The position numbers were made by a program, and so were the translations under genes. The notes under the pieces were generated by a model. That model searched no databases. It saw only the letters and a program-made list of their open reading frames with translations, and was not told the origin of the DNA. From the IMG/VR virus record IMGVR_UViG_3300037296_000405: 64,000 bases of DNA; one strand, 5' to 3'. Position 1 is the stretch's first letter, and every line of letters starts with the position of its first letter. Below are positions 1 through 10,309 of the stretch, piece after piece. Source of the stretch: an uncultured virus (IMG/VR IMGVR_UViG_3300037296_000405). Lineage: Duplodnaviria; Heunggongvirae; Uroviricota; Caudoviricetes.

Positions 1-78
1 ACGTATCATCATAATATTAGTATACCCTATTATTATATTAAAATCAAAGAATAAAATGCATAATTAAGTGATCAAATT

Positions 79-1158
79 TTATTTACTTAGTAAGTAATTA
101 ATTTCATCAAACTCATCGTACATTGGAGGATAAAAGCTTTTAATCATTCTATCTATAACTTCTGGTTTAATAAACTTAGATTCCGTTTCTTTTCTTTTGA
201 TGTTTCTAAGTTCTAAACTCTTTAAGTCACAAAGAATAACTTGAGCAGTTTTCTTGTACTTACTATTTAAAAGAGAAAGAGACTTTCTTCTTGATTTTCT
301 GTTTAGAGATGTCAAGTCAAATATAATATTTTTCTCTTGTTTAACCATATCAGATACTCTTTCTCTAAATAGATTATTAGCTTTATCCGAGTCAACAAAA
401 GCGAAAGCATCATTGTATGAACGACCTTCTCCAAGTTCTAAAATAATATCATCTCTTGATGCAACAACATAATTTTCATTTTCTTTTAAGAAATTTTTAA
501 TCCAAGTACTTTTTCCAGACATAGGAAGTCCAATTAGAGAAATAGACTCTAGAGGATATTCTTTTTTCTCTGTTACTTCAATAGAAGATTCTTTCATCAT
601 TTTTTGAGTGTATTCTTGTAGAGATTTCACTCCTTGTTCTCTAGGCGAAATAGTTTCGTCAGTATACCTTCCCATACCGTCACAAGTCGCTAGTTGAGTT
701 AAATCCTGTAGAAGCTCATTACAGCCTCTATATTTCTCTACATAGTTTTTAAAACCCTTATCATCACACCTGTACAGATCGGTATGTAAGGCTATCATTT
801 TAAATAATCTAATTATAGATTTTTCTGATAGGTTTAGTTTTTGCATATAGTGAATAGCCTTGAAGGCAGAATAGGCATCATGATTATAAAAAGATACTCT
901 TTGTTTATCGTGGTTTACACCTCTAGTATCAAATTTACCAAAATCATGAAACAAACAACCAAGAGCAATGATATCGGGTACTTGCCTCATTTCTCCTTGT
1001 TGAATCACCATTAGAGTATGAGTAAGAACAGTGCCTTCTAAGTGGTAAGGATTGAGTATTCCTTTTTCTTCATCATAATGATGATTACAACTTCTCATCT
1101 CTTGGACGATTTCAGGACAGTCTTTAAAGAAAAATTTTATTAAATTATCGTAGTTCAT
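79..1158 (-). CDS. HD-domain hydrolase fused to P-loop polynucleotide kinase-like (AAA_33) domain; RNA end-healing
   Basis: H-x-EG-x-V-x-x-HT, LFHDFGK and CDGMGR (HD); GLPMSGKST and SRD (kinase). Start moved to ATG 1158, 6 nt after TATAAT. Confidence 0.85.
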   Translation of the reverse strand: MNYDNLIKFFFKDCPEIVQEMRSCNHHYDEEKGILNPYHLEGTVLTHTLMVIQQGEMRQVPDIIALGCLFHDFGKFDTRGVNHDKQRVSFYNHDAYSAFKAIHYMQKLNLSEKSIIRLFKMIALHTDLYRCDDKGFKNYVEKYRGCNELLQDLTQLATCDGMGRYTDETISPREQGVKSLQEYTQKMMKESSIEVTEKKEYPLESISLIGLPMSGKSTWIKNFLKENENYVVASRDDIILELGEGRSYNDAFAFVDSDKANNLFRERVSDMVKQEKNIIFDLTSLNRKSRRKSLSLLNSKYKKTAQVILCDLKSLELRNIKRKETESKFIKPEVIDRMIKSFYPPMYDEFDEINYLLSK

Positions 1159-1225
1159 AAATACATTATAGATCAATTAATCTTAAATAGCAATAAAAAA
1201 TATTATTATAAAATAAAAAAAGAAC

Positions 1226-1254
1226 TTGATCTTAAATTGTATTCATTGTATAAT
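1226..1254 (+). promoter_or_regulatory. sigma70-type promoter TTGATC-N17-TATAAT
   Basis: ttgatc ttaaattgtattcattg tataat. Confidence 0.7.
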
Positions 1255-1288
1255 TAGTTATTATACTAATAACATTAAGGTAGATTAT

Positions 1289-2050
1289 ATGAATACTAAA
1301 CAAAAAGATAAGAAACAGTTAATGAAATTAGCAATACATCATTTTTTTAACATTGGAACAACAAAAAATAAGTCAGATTTTTTAAATTTTTATAATAAAA
1401 CTAAGTTTAATCACTTTTTGACAGAAAAAGAAGTCGTTAGTACAGTTGATAAAATTTGGGATGTACCTCTTGAACGAAATGGTTATGGCTTACGTTATGG
1501 TTGTCCACAGGAACATTTCAAATTAATGTTAAATTTTGAAAGAGGCGAAGATGATGTCCAGAAGAGCATAGATATTAGATTTGAACATTTCTCGGACTTG
1601 CTTGCATATTTAATAGAATTTAATAATGATATGAAAAATTCTTTTTATAAAATTAAGGATACTAGATTGTTTTATAAAAAAAATAAAGATTATTCATCTT
1701 ACAAATGGTTATCTGATTATGATGAGTCAAAAGAAAAAGAATTTTCACGATTAATAGATGCTGTTTTACTACTAGAAGGTAAATGTTTTAAAAAACTAAA
1801 TAAAGAATTTAAGTTTTTAACTGGTGTTGATAGTTTAATCCATAGCTCAGAAGCACTATCTTGGTCTTTTGCAAAGCCATATAAAATCTTGTTTTTTTCA
1901 GTTATTATATTCTCATTTATTTTTATGAGTAATACATTAATTAGTTACTTATCTTTAGCTGTATCATTACTATTAATCGCTAGACTTCATAAAAAAGCTT
2001 TTGATGAAGAGATAATTAAAAGATACTTAAAAGATTTAAAAGAATTGTAA
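1289..2050 (+). CDS. hypothetical protein with C-terminal transmembrane segments
   Basis: ORF; hydrophobic C-terminus; the TTG at 1226 is a -35 box, so ATG 1289 is preferred. Confidence 0.7.
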   Translation: MNTKQKDKKQLMKLAIHHFFNIGTTKNKSDFLNFYNKTKFNHFLTEKEVVSTVDKIWDVPLERNGYGLRYGCPQEHFKLMLNFERGEDDVQKSIDIRFEHFSDLLAYLIEFNNDMKNSFYKIKDTRLFYKKNKDYSSYKWLSDYDESKEKEFSRLIDAVLLLEGKCFKKLNKEFKFLTGVDSLIHSSEALSWSFAKPYKILFFSVIIFSFIFMSNTLISYLSLAVSLLLIARLHKKAFDEEIIKRYLKDLKEL

Positions 2051-2069
2051 AAAAATAAACAGGAGATAT

Positions 2070-3281
2070 ATGTTTTACTTACCATCATTTGAAGAATGTA
2101 AAAAAATAACAGAACAATCAGAAGCATTTATTCATAAGGTTATTGAATTTGAAGGATATAAATTTCATTTATTTAACTATCTGCTAGCACAGTATTCAGA
2201 TTTTAATAAGCCAATTAAAGGAGATGATAAAATTTCCGCATTTGAATTAAGAGGATTAACATTTCTTGAGAATGAAGGTAAGTATTATCGGAGTTTAATG
2301 CTTCATAAATTTTTTAACATAAATCAATGTGAAGGTTACCAATACGAAGATTTAAAAGACTTAAAGGTTAGGTCTATTCAAGATAAAAGAGATGGGTCTA
2401 TGATTCGTTTCTTAAGACTTCCTGATGGAAGAATAGTAGCTAAAACTAAAATGGATTTTAGTAATGAGCAAACTACACTTGCTAATAAACTTATTAATAC
2501 AGATAAAAAACTTTATGATTTTGTTTCTGAAACACTAGATAAAGGTCTATCTGCAATTTTTGAACTTACAAGTTCTTTGAATATGATTGTAATTAGATAC
2601 TCAGAAACTAAATTAACGCTTATTCAATTAAGAGATGAGTCTAATGGTGAGTATTTAGACTTAAAAGATAATGATATCATAAAAAAACATAATCCCTCAG
2701 TAGTTGACGAATGTCCATTTTATGAACATTTAGATTATTATCTTGAAAAAAAAGAAGTCCTAAAAGGAATTGAAGGTTGGGTGTTCACTGTTGTAGATAA
2801 AGAAAATCACACTTTGATGTATAAAGTTAAGACGGCAGATTATGTGGCTAAGCATTCTCTAATGACTGATACTTTTGGTAGAGAGAATAAATTATTAAGT
2901 ATTATTTTTGAAGAGAAAATAGATGATGTTCTAGGTGAATTGGATAAGGATGATGAAAGAAAAGATATTTTAATCGATATTGGAGATAAAGTATCATCTT
3001 TTGTAAACAATAAAGTTTTAGATATGTATAATTTTTTAAAAGAAAATTACAAAGGTGATAGGAAATCTTTTGCTATGAACTTTTCTCAGCATGAATACTT
3101 TTCTTGTACAGTGAAAGTTTGTCACTTAGAAGACGAGGGTTCTATTAAGGAAGGAATTTATAATCATTACTTAATCTTTCTAAAAAGAAAAACTGGAAAA
3201 TTAGAAAATGCTAGGTCATTTATGAATGATGAGTTAAACATAAATATAATGGATTACTTTGTAATTGAAGATGATTCTTAA
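2070..3281 (+). CDS. T4 Rnl1-family RNA ligase
   Basis: ELRGLTF, KFFN, KRDGSMI (motif I), FEL, EGWV, KVKT; AGGAG RBS. Confidence 0.9.
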   Translation: MFYLPSFEECKKITEQSEAFIHKVIEFEGYKFHLFNYLLAQYSDFNKPIKGDDKISAFELRGLTFLENEGKYYRSLMLHKFFNINQCEGYQYEDLKDLKVRSIQDKRDGSMIRFLRLPDGRIVAKTKMDFSNEQTTLANKLINTDKKLYDFVSETLDKGLSAIFELTSSLNMIVIRYSETKLTLIQLRDESNGEYLDLKDNDIIKKHNPSVVDECPFYEHLDYYLEKKEVLKGIEGWVFTVVDKENHTLMYKVKTADYVAKHSLMTDTFGRENKLLSIIFEEKIDDVLGELDKDDERKDILIDIGDKVSSFVNNKVLDMYNFLKENYKGDRKSFAMNFSQHEYFSCTVKVCHLEDEGSIKEGIYNHYLIFLKRKTGKLENARSFMNDELNINIMDYFVIEDDS

Positions 3282-3315
3282 ACAATTGTACAAGTAATTT
3301 ATACTAGGAGTTTAT

Positions 3316-3822
3316 ATGAAATTTAAAAGTAAAAAACAGTTTTCATCTGCGAAAGTTTTGAGAAAGTCTAATGTCGTAATAGTAGATAGAAGATTTTCAA
3401 TGAAGCTACCTCCAGAGAATGTTTTTATATTTCAAAAGTCAGAAAAGAACGTCTATAGTTTTTCTAATCGTGAAGAGATTAATTCTTTCTATGGAGAAGA
3501 TTTTATTTATTTTACAACAATACCTGATGAATTAGTTGAAAAGTATCAAAAGTCTCATTTGATAGCATTAATTGTCTCTGGAGTATCTTTCTATACACTT
3601 ATAACTTGTTTAGCTTTCATCATGTGTATATTTCTATCAGTTAATGGTTCGTTTATTTTTAGTTCAGATATAGAAAGAAACTATGGTATTTTTATAGGTA
3701 TTGTTTTTACTCTATCTTTAGTATCTCTTCACTATTTAATTCATGGAGGTATTATGAATAAAGAAGTCTTAGATAAAAGAGAATTAGAAATAAATAGCTA
3801 TATAAAAAGTAAAGTTGTTTAA
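3316..3822 (+). CDS. hypothetical membrane protein
   Basis: AGGAG RBS; two hydrophobic segments. Confidence 0.7.
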   Translation: MKFKSKKQFSSAKVLRKSNVVIVDRRFSMKLPPENVFIFQKSEKNVYSFSNREEINSFYGEDFIYFTTIPDELVEKYQKSHLIALIVSGVSFYTLITCLAFIMCIFLSVNGSFIFSSDIERNYGIFIGIVFTLSLVSLHYLIHGGIMNKEVLDKRELEINSYIKSKVV

Positions 3823-3856
3823 ATATTGATTTTACTTATAAATAAGTAATTAAATA

Positions 3857-4492
3857 TTAATATAATGATTTAATGGCTTTTTCAGAATCAGTATAAGTTA
3901 GACCATTATCAGGATTCGTTTGAATAAAGTGATTAGACTCTTTGTATTCTCCCATATCAGAATCATCGTCTAGTATTACGAAATGACTAATATTAAGAGA
4001 CTTGTTTTTCTGTATCCAAGTTTTAATCTCATCACCTCTAGAAGCGCCTTGAACAACAGGAGTTTTATCTATAATTATATTATAGTCTATTTGATTATTA
4101 TTTAATCCATTTCCAGAACATTTTTTACAATCTGAACCTTTCTCTGAAAAACCATTTGTAAAGTTAAATAGATGACCGACTCCATTACAGACAATACATT
4201 TATGAGGTTTACTCACTCCCATAGTATGGAGTAAATCGTTTAGTTCGTCTATAGAAAGTCGCTTTCTCCAAGTACTTGATATTACAATTTTAGCTTCTGG
4301 AACCTCTAGCAATATTTTAGATAGATTAGCGCAATTATGTAAAGATAATTGGGACACGTTATGGATGTCAATATTATCTTTTTTGTCAGATTCACTAATA
4401 AGATATTTTACTAATTTTTCATTTGAATTATTGAAATAGTAAGATGTTGTACTATTTAAAACTCCGTCAATGTCCAAAAAGATTATTTTCAT
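3857..4492 (-). CDS. HAD-family phosphatase (Swiss-army-knife RNA repair type) with inserted DnaJ-type Zn finger
   Basis: FLDIDGVLN, VISSTWR, RGDEI, ILDDD; insert CIVCNGVG...CKKCSGNG. Confidence 0.85.
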   Translation of the reverse strand: MKIIFLDIDGVLNSTTSYYFNNSNEKLVKYLISESDKKDNIDIHNVSQLSLHNCANLSKILLEVPEAKIVISSTWRKRLSIDELNDLLHTMGVSKPHKCIVCNGVGHLFNFTNGFSEKGSDCKKCSGNGLNNNQIDYNIIIDKTPVVQGASRGDEIKTWIQKNKSLNISHFVILDDDSDMGEYKESNHFIQTNPDNGLTYTDSEKAIKSLY

Positions 4493-4547
4493 AATAACTC
4501 CATTATAGATTATACCAAACAATTTGCGATTGGTCAACAATAGTAGA

Positions 4548-5744
4548 TTATATATTTATTTTGTTTATAAATATCTTATATTCGGACATAAATTCATCAT
4601 ACGAGGTATTGTTGTATCTACTTAGTTTTAAGTTAAAACACTCTTTTTTTAAAGTATTATTATGAAAATTATTTATGTGATTTCCAATAGCCTTACCAAA
4701 TTTACAAGGTATTGCATTTCCAAGTTGCCGATATTTGTTAACCGTACTGCCAAGTATTATATGCTTATTAGGAAATGTTTGAATGGCTTTGTACTCTTCT
4801 ATAGATAGAGGTCTATCTTCACTAGGATGACAAAGTGCAGTACTCATCATATTAGGACTAGTAAGTAGTGTTGGAGAAGGATTATCCCAAGATAACCTTC
4901 TAAAGAATCCAGTTTTACCACCACCAGAATTATAGGAATTTCCCATTGCTTCTTTTTTAATTTTCTCTGAAGGTAAATTTTTCCAGTTCTGACCACTTTT
5001 AAGCATCTTAAAGAATCTTAATCTTTTCTCTGGAAACTTAGACCACTCTTTGCTTTTTATGTTTTCTATAGAATCTCGAACATTTTTGACAGGATGTTTA
5101 CCTAGAGAAATAAATGAGTCTTTATGTGTAGGGTATATATCAGGCACTTTTTTATTATCTCTATTTGCAATTATTATAACTCGCTCTCTTTTTTGAGGAA
5201 CACCATAGTATGACGTATCATACAAATTAAAGTTAACTGTATAACCTTCTTTTTCTAATTTTTCAACAATAGAATTAAGTGCGCCACCTTTAATCTCTAC
5301 TTTGTTTTTCCCATGATTCAAATCTCTATCTTCATGAGGAGTATATATTAGCGGAGAGGACAATATCCCTCGAACATTTTCTATGATAATATAATTAGGT
5401 TTTAATTTTGTAGCAATATCTAAAAAATGTAGAAAGACATTCCCTCTAGGATCTTCAAACCCAAGTCTCTTTCCTGCCGTAGAAAATGATTGACACGGTG
5501 GTCCACCGACAATTGCAAACAGTTCTTTTTCTTTTATGCCTAAGTCTTTTTTAATTTGGTTTGCTGAAAGTTTTCTTATATCGCAGTTATAGATCTTCTT
5601 AACACTATCTGGTTTATTTGCTTCTATAGTCGGTATAAATTTTTTTTCGTACTCATTAATTGATAGACATTCCCATCCCGCTTGGTCTAGACCAACATCG
5701 AGACCCATCGCTCCAGAGAAAAATGATAAATATTGTTTTTTCAT
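4548..5744 (-). CDS. DNA (cytosine-5) methyltransferase, orphan
   Basis: FSGAMG, GGPPCQSFS, ENV, QKRER, RQLGNA motifs. Confidence 0.95.
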   Translation of the reverse strand: MKKQYLSFFSGAMGLDVGLDQAGWECLSINEYEKKFIPTIEANKPDSVKKIYNCDIRKLSANQIKKDLGIKEKELFAIVGGPPCQSFSTAGKRLGFEDPRGNVFLHFLDIATKLKPNYIIIENVRGILSSPLIYTPHEDRDLNHGKNKVEIKGGALNSIVEKLEKEGYTVNFNLYDTSYYGVPQKRERVIIIANRDNKKVPDIYPTHKDSFISLGKHPVKNVRDSIENIKSKEWSKFPEKRLRFFKMLKSGQNWKNLPSEKIKKEAMGNSYNSGGGKTGFFRRLSWDNPSPTLLTSPNMMSTALCHPSEDRPLSIEEYKAIQTFPNKHIILGSTVNKYRQLGNAIPCKFGKAIGNHINNFHNNTLKKECFNLKLSRYNNTSYDEFMSEYKIFINKINI

Positions 5745-5852
5745 TAATCTTAAATATAGAATTTCATCATTTTAGTATTTTTTAATAAGAACATTTCTTT
5801 TTTAAATCAATCAACTTTAGTTATTTTGCTTAGTATATTCCATTTATAAAGG

Positions 5853-7193
5853 ATGAAAATAAAATTAATATTTCTTTGTTTACTAACATTTAATGCCATG
5901 GCAGATTTAGATTCTAATCTAAAGATCATTGAAAATTCAGAGATAAAAGCAAGTGATTTAAATTCTAAGTTCGCAGAATTAAACTCTTACTTAGACATCC
6001 CGATATCGTTCTCAAGTTTTAATGTAGGTCAAGAGGTAAACTCTTTGTTTTTGAAAAATGAATTAATGAAAATCTCAGGAGTTTTTTCTGATTTAAGTGA
6101 AATTAATTTAAGTAGTGAAATTAATTCTGTAATTATTAATAGCGTTTTTGATGTTGCAATTAGCAAGATAAAGTTTTTAAAAGATTTTATTTATGATGTT
6201 TCTTGTAACTGTTATAGAGATGTTGATTATGTAAATAATGATTCTGTAAATTGGATTGTCGATAACGGATTTTACATTAATGACGTCGTTAAAAGAGATA
6301 TGAATGTTTACCTTCCTACAGGAACTCCAAATGGTAAGATGATTATTTACACACATCCAGTTGGAGAGACTAAAGATATGAATGGTATTTTTGCTAGTGG
6401 TTTCCTTGAATCAATGACGGGAGAAGGTTACTTAGTTTCTAGTGTAGAATTTAGACATCCGATACTAGAGGGTTCTCAATTAAATAATCTAGCTGAAGAC
6501 CAAGTTGATATTATAAGAGCTGTTAGAAAGATAAGAGAAAATTATTCTCACTTAGGTATGAATAATCCAGATAGTTTAATTTCTGTAGGGTATTCAAAAG
6601 GGTCATTTATTTTATCTAATATTTTATCGAATGAACCTTTACTAATTGATGAGTTTGGTAGAATGGTTTTTGAGAAAGTATATTTGTACGATGGACAAAT
6701 AACATATAATTTTGATACTTACCATTCTTTATTTATAGTTGATACATTACCTTCATTAATTTGTTATGTAGAGTTCTTAGGAAGTTGTCTTGTTGGGGAA
6801 TTTACTCCATATCAAGCTCTAGCTTTTGTAAATGATGATGTCTTAGTTGGGCTAGGAACAATAGCACTCACTAGAGATCCAAATGTAAATGAGTCTTATC
6901 GAAATGTTAAGAATGTACCTCTAATGACAAATTTATCATTAAATGAGTATATTCCTGAAATAAGATTTGGAAACAATCAACCTAACGTAGGAAAGAGGTC
7001 TCCTCAGTTTTTAGTAGATTCTAGTTTAAATATTGACTATGGTGAATTCGATTACTTGTTGCATCAGCCAATGTCTCCTAATTACTTCTGTACAGAATTA
7101 CTTCCTTATAGCACAAATTGTTCTTCAATAAGTAATTTAGGTTTCTTGTATGAAGATGTATATAACGATATGTTAAACTTTTTTGATGAATAA
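5853..7193 (+). CDS. secreted alpha/beta-hydrolase-fold protein
   Basis: signal peptide ending AMA/D; SVEFRH; DIIRAVR; GYSKG nucleophile elbow. Confidence 0.6.
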   Translation: MKIKLIFLCLLTFNAMADLDSNLKIIENSEIKASDLNSKFAELNSYLDIPISFSSFNVGQEVNSLFLKNELMKISGVFSDLSEINLSSEINSVIINSVFDVAISKIKFLKDFIYDVSCNCYRDVDYVNNDSVNWIVDNGFYINDVVKRDMNVYLPTGTPNGKMIIYTHPVGETKDMNGIFASGFLESMTGEGYLVSSVEFRHPILEGSQLNNLAEDQVDIIRAVRKIRENYSHLGMNNPDSLISVGYSKGSFILSNILSNEPLLIDEFGRMVFEKVYLYDGQITYNFDTYHSLFIVDTLPSLICYVEFLGSCLVGEFTPYQALAFVNDDVLVGLGTIALTRDPNVNESYRNVKNVPLMTNLSLNEYIPEIRFGNNQPNVGKRSPQFLVDSSLNIDYGEFDYLLHQPMSPNYFCTELLPYSTNCSSISNLGFLYEDVYNDMLNFFDE

Positions 7194-8010
7194 TTCTTTT
7201 AAAGTAGATTTTTTTAAATTAAAAGAAGATGATATTTATTCTTACAATTTAGTGAAAGCTAGTTGGTTACAAAAATCAATAAGAAGAGGTTTAACTAATA
7301 CCGCAGTTAGTATTGCACAGACTTATATTGACGAAGGTCAAATCAAAGGATTAGAGAGGAAGTTAATCGTTATCTGTGCAGAGGATATTGGATTGGGGTT
7401 TCCAACAGCAATTCTACATCTAGATGAAATTAAAAACCCTTTAGATAAAGTTGCATTTTTGTGTAATGTACCAAAGAATAGAGAAACTGACAGGTTTATG
7501 TTATCTGTCAGGACTAACTTTGAAAATTTAGTTTTAAATAAAGAAATAGAGCAAGAAGTAAAATGCATGAATATTGTTATGAAGATTGTTGATAATTGGG
7601 TTGCCAATAAGAGATTGAAAGTAAATAAAGAAAGATTAAAAAATGCTTTTGACGTACTCTCAGATAGAGTTGATGATAATTTAACTAAAGAAGTTATTTA
7701 CTCTTTATATAGAAATTTTTTAACGGTTAGTAAACAAAAATCATTTGGGTACAAGAATTTAGTATCATTAGCTGTATTGTTGTCTGTAAGAAATCTTAAA
7801 TTAAATAAAAAGAAATCGGAAATTTTGGTTTATGATAAAATTAAACTTGACTATGTAGACGACTTTGCTTTAGATAAACATACTTCATTTGGCAAAATTT
7901 TAAATAGAGGATATTCTCACTGGCTAAAAGAGGGTGCCCCTGTCAACCCAGAATTAAAATACAAAGAAATGTATTTAAATAGTGGTTTAGAAAAATATCC
8001 TTACAAATAA
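7183..8010 (+). CDS. MgsA/RarA C-terminal-like domain protein lacking the AAA+ module
   Basis: SWLQKSIRRG, RKLIVICAEDIG, ALDKHT. Confidence 0.6.
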   Translation: MMNNSFKVDFFKLKEDDIYSYNLVKASWLQKSIRRGLTNTAVSIAQTYIDEGQIKGLERKLIVICAEDIGLGFPTAILHLDEIKNPLDKVAFLCNVPKNRETDRFMLSVRTNFENLVLNKEIEQEVKCMNIVMKIVDNWVANKRLKVNKERLKNAFDVLSDRVDDNLTKEVIYSLYRNFLTVSKQKSFGYKNLVSLAVLLSVRNLKLNKKKSEILVYDKIKLDYVDDFALDKHTSFGKILNRGYSHWLKEGAPVNPELKYKEMYLNSGLEKYPYK

Positions 8011-8064
8011 TAGATTGCCTTAAATTTAAAAATATGATATAATCATAGTTGGAGGATTACCATT

Positions 8065-8691
8065 ATGAAGCATTTAGTATTGATTGGCGCACCCGGAGCT
8101 GGTAAAGGTACGGTAGCAAAAGAATTAACAGAATATACTCAGTTATCTACTGGAGATATGTTAAGAGCCGAAAAAAGTAAAGGTACTCCATTAGGGGATA
8201 AAGTTGCATCTTTAATTGATTCAGGTAAGTTTGTAGACGATGAAACAATGTTCTCAATAATACAGGAAAATATACCAAAAGAAGAATCTTTGATTTTTGA
8301 TGGATATCCTAGAAATATCAGTCAAATCGCATATTTTGAAAAATTAGTTAGAGATAAAAAAGATGTTACAGTTATTTACTTTAAAGTAGAATTTTCTGTA
8401 TTAGAAGATAGAATTGTTAATAGAAGAACTTGCTCTGTTTGTGGAGAAATTCATAATACAAAAACAAACCCACCTAACAGTAAAGGTAACTGTAATAAGT
8501 GTGATGGAAAGTTATCTCTTAGAGAAGATGATAATGTAGATGCTTTAGTTGAAAGATTAGAAACATTTAAAAGGGAAACTCTTCCTATTGTAGACCATTT
8601 TAAAGATTATCCATCTTTTTTTGAAATAGAAGCTAGTCGAAGTCCAGAGGAAGTTTTGTTAGATGTAAAAAAAGTTTTAAATATATCTTAA
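8065..8691 (+). CDS. adk: adenylate kinase with Zn LID
   Basis: GAPGAGKGT, STGDMLR, DGYPR, CxxC...CxxC LID, REDD. Confidence 0.95.
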   Translation: MKHLVLIGAPGAGKGTVAKELTEYTQLSTGDMLRAEKSKGTPLGDKVASLIDSGKFVDDETMFSIIQENIPKEESLIFDGYPRNISQIAYFEKLVRDKKDVTVIYFKVEFSVLEDRIVNRRTCSVCGEIHNTKTNPPNSKGNCNKCDGKLSLREDDNVDALVERLETFKRETLPIVDHFKDYPSFFEIEASRSPEEVLLDVKKVLNIS

Positions 8692-8742
8692 TTGATCATT
8701 AGATTAATTATAAAAAATAAAAAAATATAGTATATTCTTATA

Positions 8743-9045
8743 ATGGCAAAGAACATAGTTAACCAATTACCTACTGAAAGCTTAATGGATGTATTACTAG
8801 TGAATCCATACGTTTGGTTAGCTACGGCGGTTATATCAGGAGTTTTTTTATATTTTAAATATTTTAACCCTAAAAAAATTGAATGGATAGAAGCTTTATG
8901 TTCTTTACTATTTGATTTCTCTATTTATTTAATAACATTTCAATGGATGAGAGATAATAAAAACTCCAGTGATAAATTTATTACAGTTATTATAGTTTTT
9001 TCAATGATTTTCTTTGGATATAAAATTATTTCTCTATTTATTTAA
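8743..9045 (+). CDS. small membrane protein
   Basis: three hydrophobic segments; -10 box 6 nt before ATG. Confidence 0.65.
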   Translation: MAKNIVNQLPTESLMDVLLVNPYVWLATAVISGVFLYFKYFNPKKIEWIEALCSLLFDFSIYLITFQWMRDNKNSSDKFITVIIVFSMIFFGYKIISLFI

Positions 9046-9068
9046 TTAAAAAAATCTATTTATAGTAT

Positions 9069-9272
9069 ATGAAAGAAAAATTATGGGAATTAGTTATATC
9101 AAAAGAGTTGAATGTTGAAGAAGTCGATATATTATCTATCATGGAAATTGATTTGCTAGATGCTCTTTTTCAATCTTTTTTTTGTCAACAAGGCGATTTA
9201 ATTGATATACACTATCCTCTTTCTATTAATTACATAAGAATTAATAAGAAGATTGATAAACTAAATCTTTAA
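9069..9272 (+). CDS. hypothetical protein
   Basis: ORF fills gap; CTATTTA 6 nt before ATG. Confidence 0.55.
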   Translation: MKEKLWELVISKELNVEEVDILSIMEIDLLDALFQSFFCQQGDLIDIHYPLSINYIRINKKIDKLNL

Positions 9273-9887
9273 TTTATTAGGAATAACTTCTTTATGCATC
9301 CAGTGCGTATCTGTTTGAACATGATTTTTTCTAACAAACTTAGCCACTGAATTAGAAAAGTCACTATACTTAAATGAATCAGCTAACCTTACAACATATC
9401 CTTCTGTGCTACCATCTGAATTAAACAAAGTTTTTATTTTAGCTTCATCATAAACTCCATCATACAATACTGGTACAGGTTGTATAGAAAGTTCTTTAAA
9501 TCTAATGATAGTATCATCCCAACTCATGCAGTCTTCATTTACCCAATAAGAAAATGCATAAAAAAAATTTAAAAGATTGTCGTATTTTATAGAATGTTGT
9601 GCGAATAGATTTTCTCCACAAATTTTTTCATTTTCTTTAATTAAATAAGATATTGAGTTATGGAATCTTTTTAGCCAAGACCTAGATTCGTGATGTTTCG
9701 AATCTAAACTTCTAGCATGAAAGTTGTCATTGTAAAGAGATGAATTTTCTCCATCCATCTTTTCTGTAACAATAACTCTTTTATTTTTAAAAATATCTGT
9801 AGATTTTATTACTTTATCATCGCTAGTTACAGATTCACTGAAAGGTAAGTGTAATGTTCTAGGATATTTTTTCTTTAAGATACTCAC
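9261..9887 (-). CDS. RNA ligase family protein (Rnl2-like nucleotidyltransferase domain)
   Basis: KYPRTLHLP, TEKMDGEN, GEN, EGYVVR, AKFVR; start uncertain (GTG 9887 or up to 9956). Confidence 0.85.
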   Translation of the reverse strand: MSILKKKYPRTLHLPFSESVTSDDKVIKSTDIFKNKRVIVTEKMDGENSSLYNDNFHARSLDSKHHESRSWLKRFHNSISYLIKENEKICGENLFAQHSIKYDNLLNFFYAFSYWVNEDCMSWDDTIIRFKELSIQPVPVLYDGVYDEAKIKTLFNSDGSTEGYVVRLADSFKYSDFSNSVAKFVRKNHVQTDTHWMHKEVIPNKLKI

Positions 9888-9888
9888 T

Positions 9889-10149
9889 CTACTTTTCTTC
9901 TCTGTAAATAAATATAGCTTGCTTAAGTATTTCTTTTGTTGTAGGAGATACTTCAAAAGAAGATAGAATCTTAGAATCTTCTACCGAATCTTTGGTTAGG
10001 TCTAAAACTTTATGAATCATGATTAGTGAAGCTTCTGAAAAAGTTATGTAAGTTTTCTGTTCTAACTTTTTTAAAACAATCTCTCTTTTGATTTTTTCGA
10101 TACTATCAATCAAGAATAACTCCCATAGGTCTGATAAACTTACCTTCAC
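9889..10149 (-). CDS. hypothetical protein
   Basis: ORF directly upstream of the ligase. Confidence 0.5.
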   Translation of the reverse strand: MKVSLSDLWELFLIDSIEKIKREIVLKKLEQKTYITFSEASLIMIHKVLDLTKDSVEDSKILSSFEVSPTTKEILKQAIFIYREEK

Positions 10150-10255
10150 TTATTTCTTTAAGTTCTTCTTCAGTATAATTAGTTAATCCAGCTTCTTTAG
10201 ATTGTTCAGTAATGATCTTTAAATTTTCAAAATCAATAGATTCATTTTTATTCAT
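10106..10255 (-). CDS. small hypothetical protein (49 aa, MNKNESIDFENLK...)
   Basis: AAGGAG RBS; not in ORF track. Confidence 0.55.
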   Translation of the reverse strand: MNKNESIDFENLKIITEQSKEAGLTNYTEEELKEISEGKFIRPMGVILD

Positions 10256-10309
10256 AAAATCTCCTTATATTGATTATATCATAGATAAGGCTTGTTGTAT
10301 ATTAAATGT

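Noticed and set aside
9889..10255. Programmed frameshift joining ORFs 10106-10255 and 9889-10149
   Set aside because: No slippery site or homolog evidence; two overlapping small genes are equally plausible
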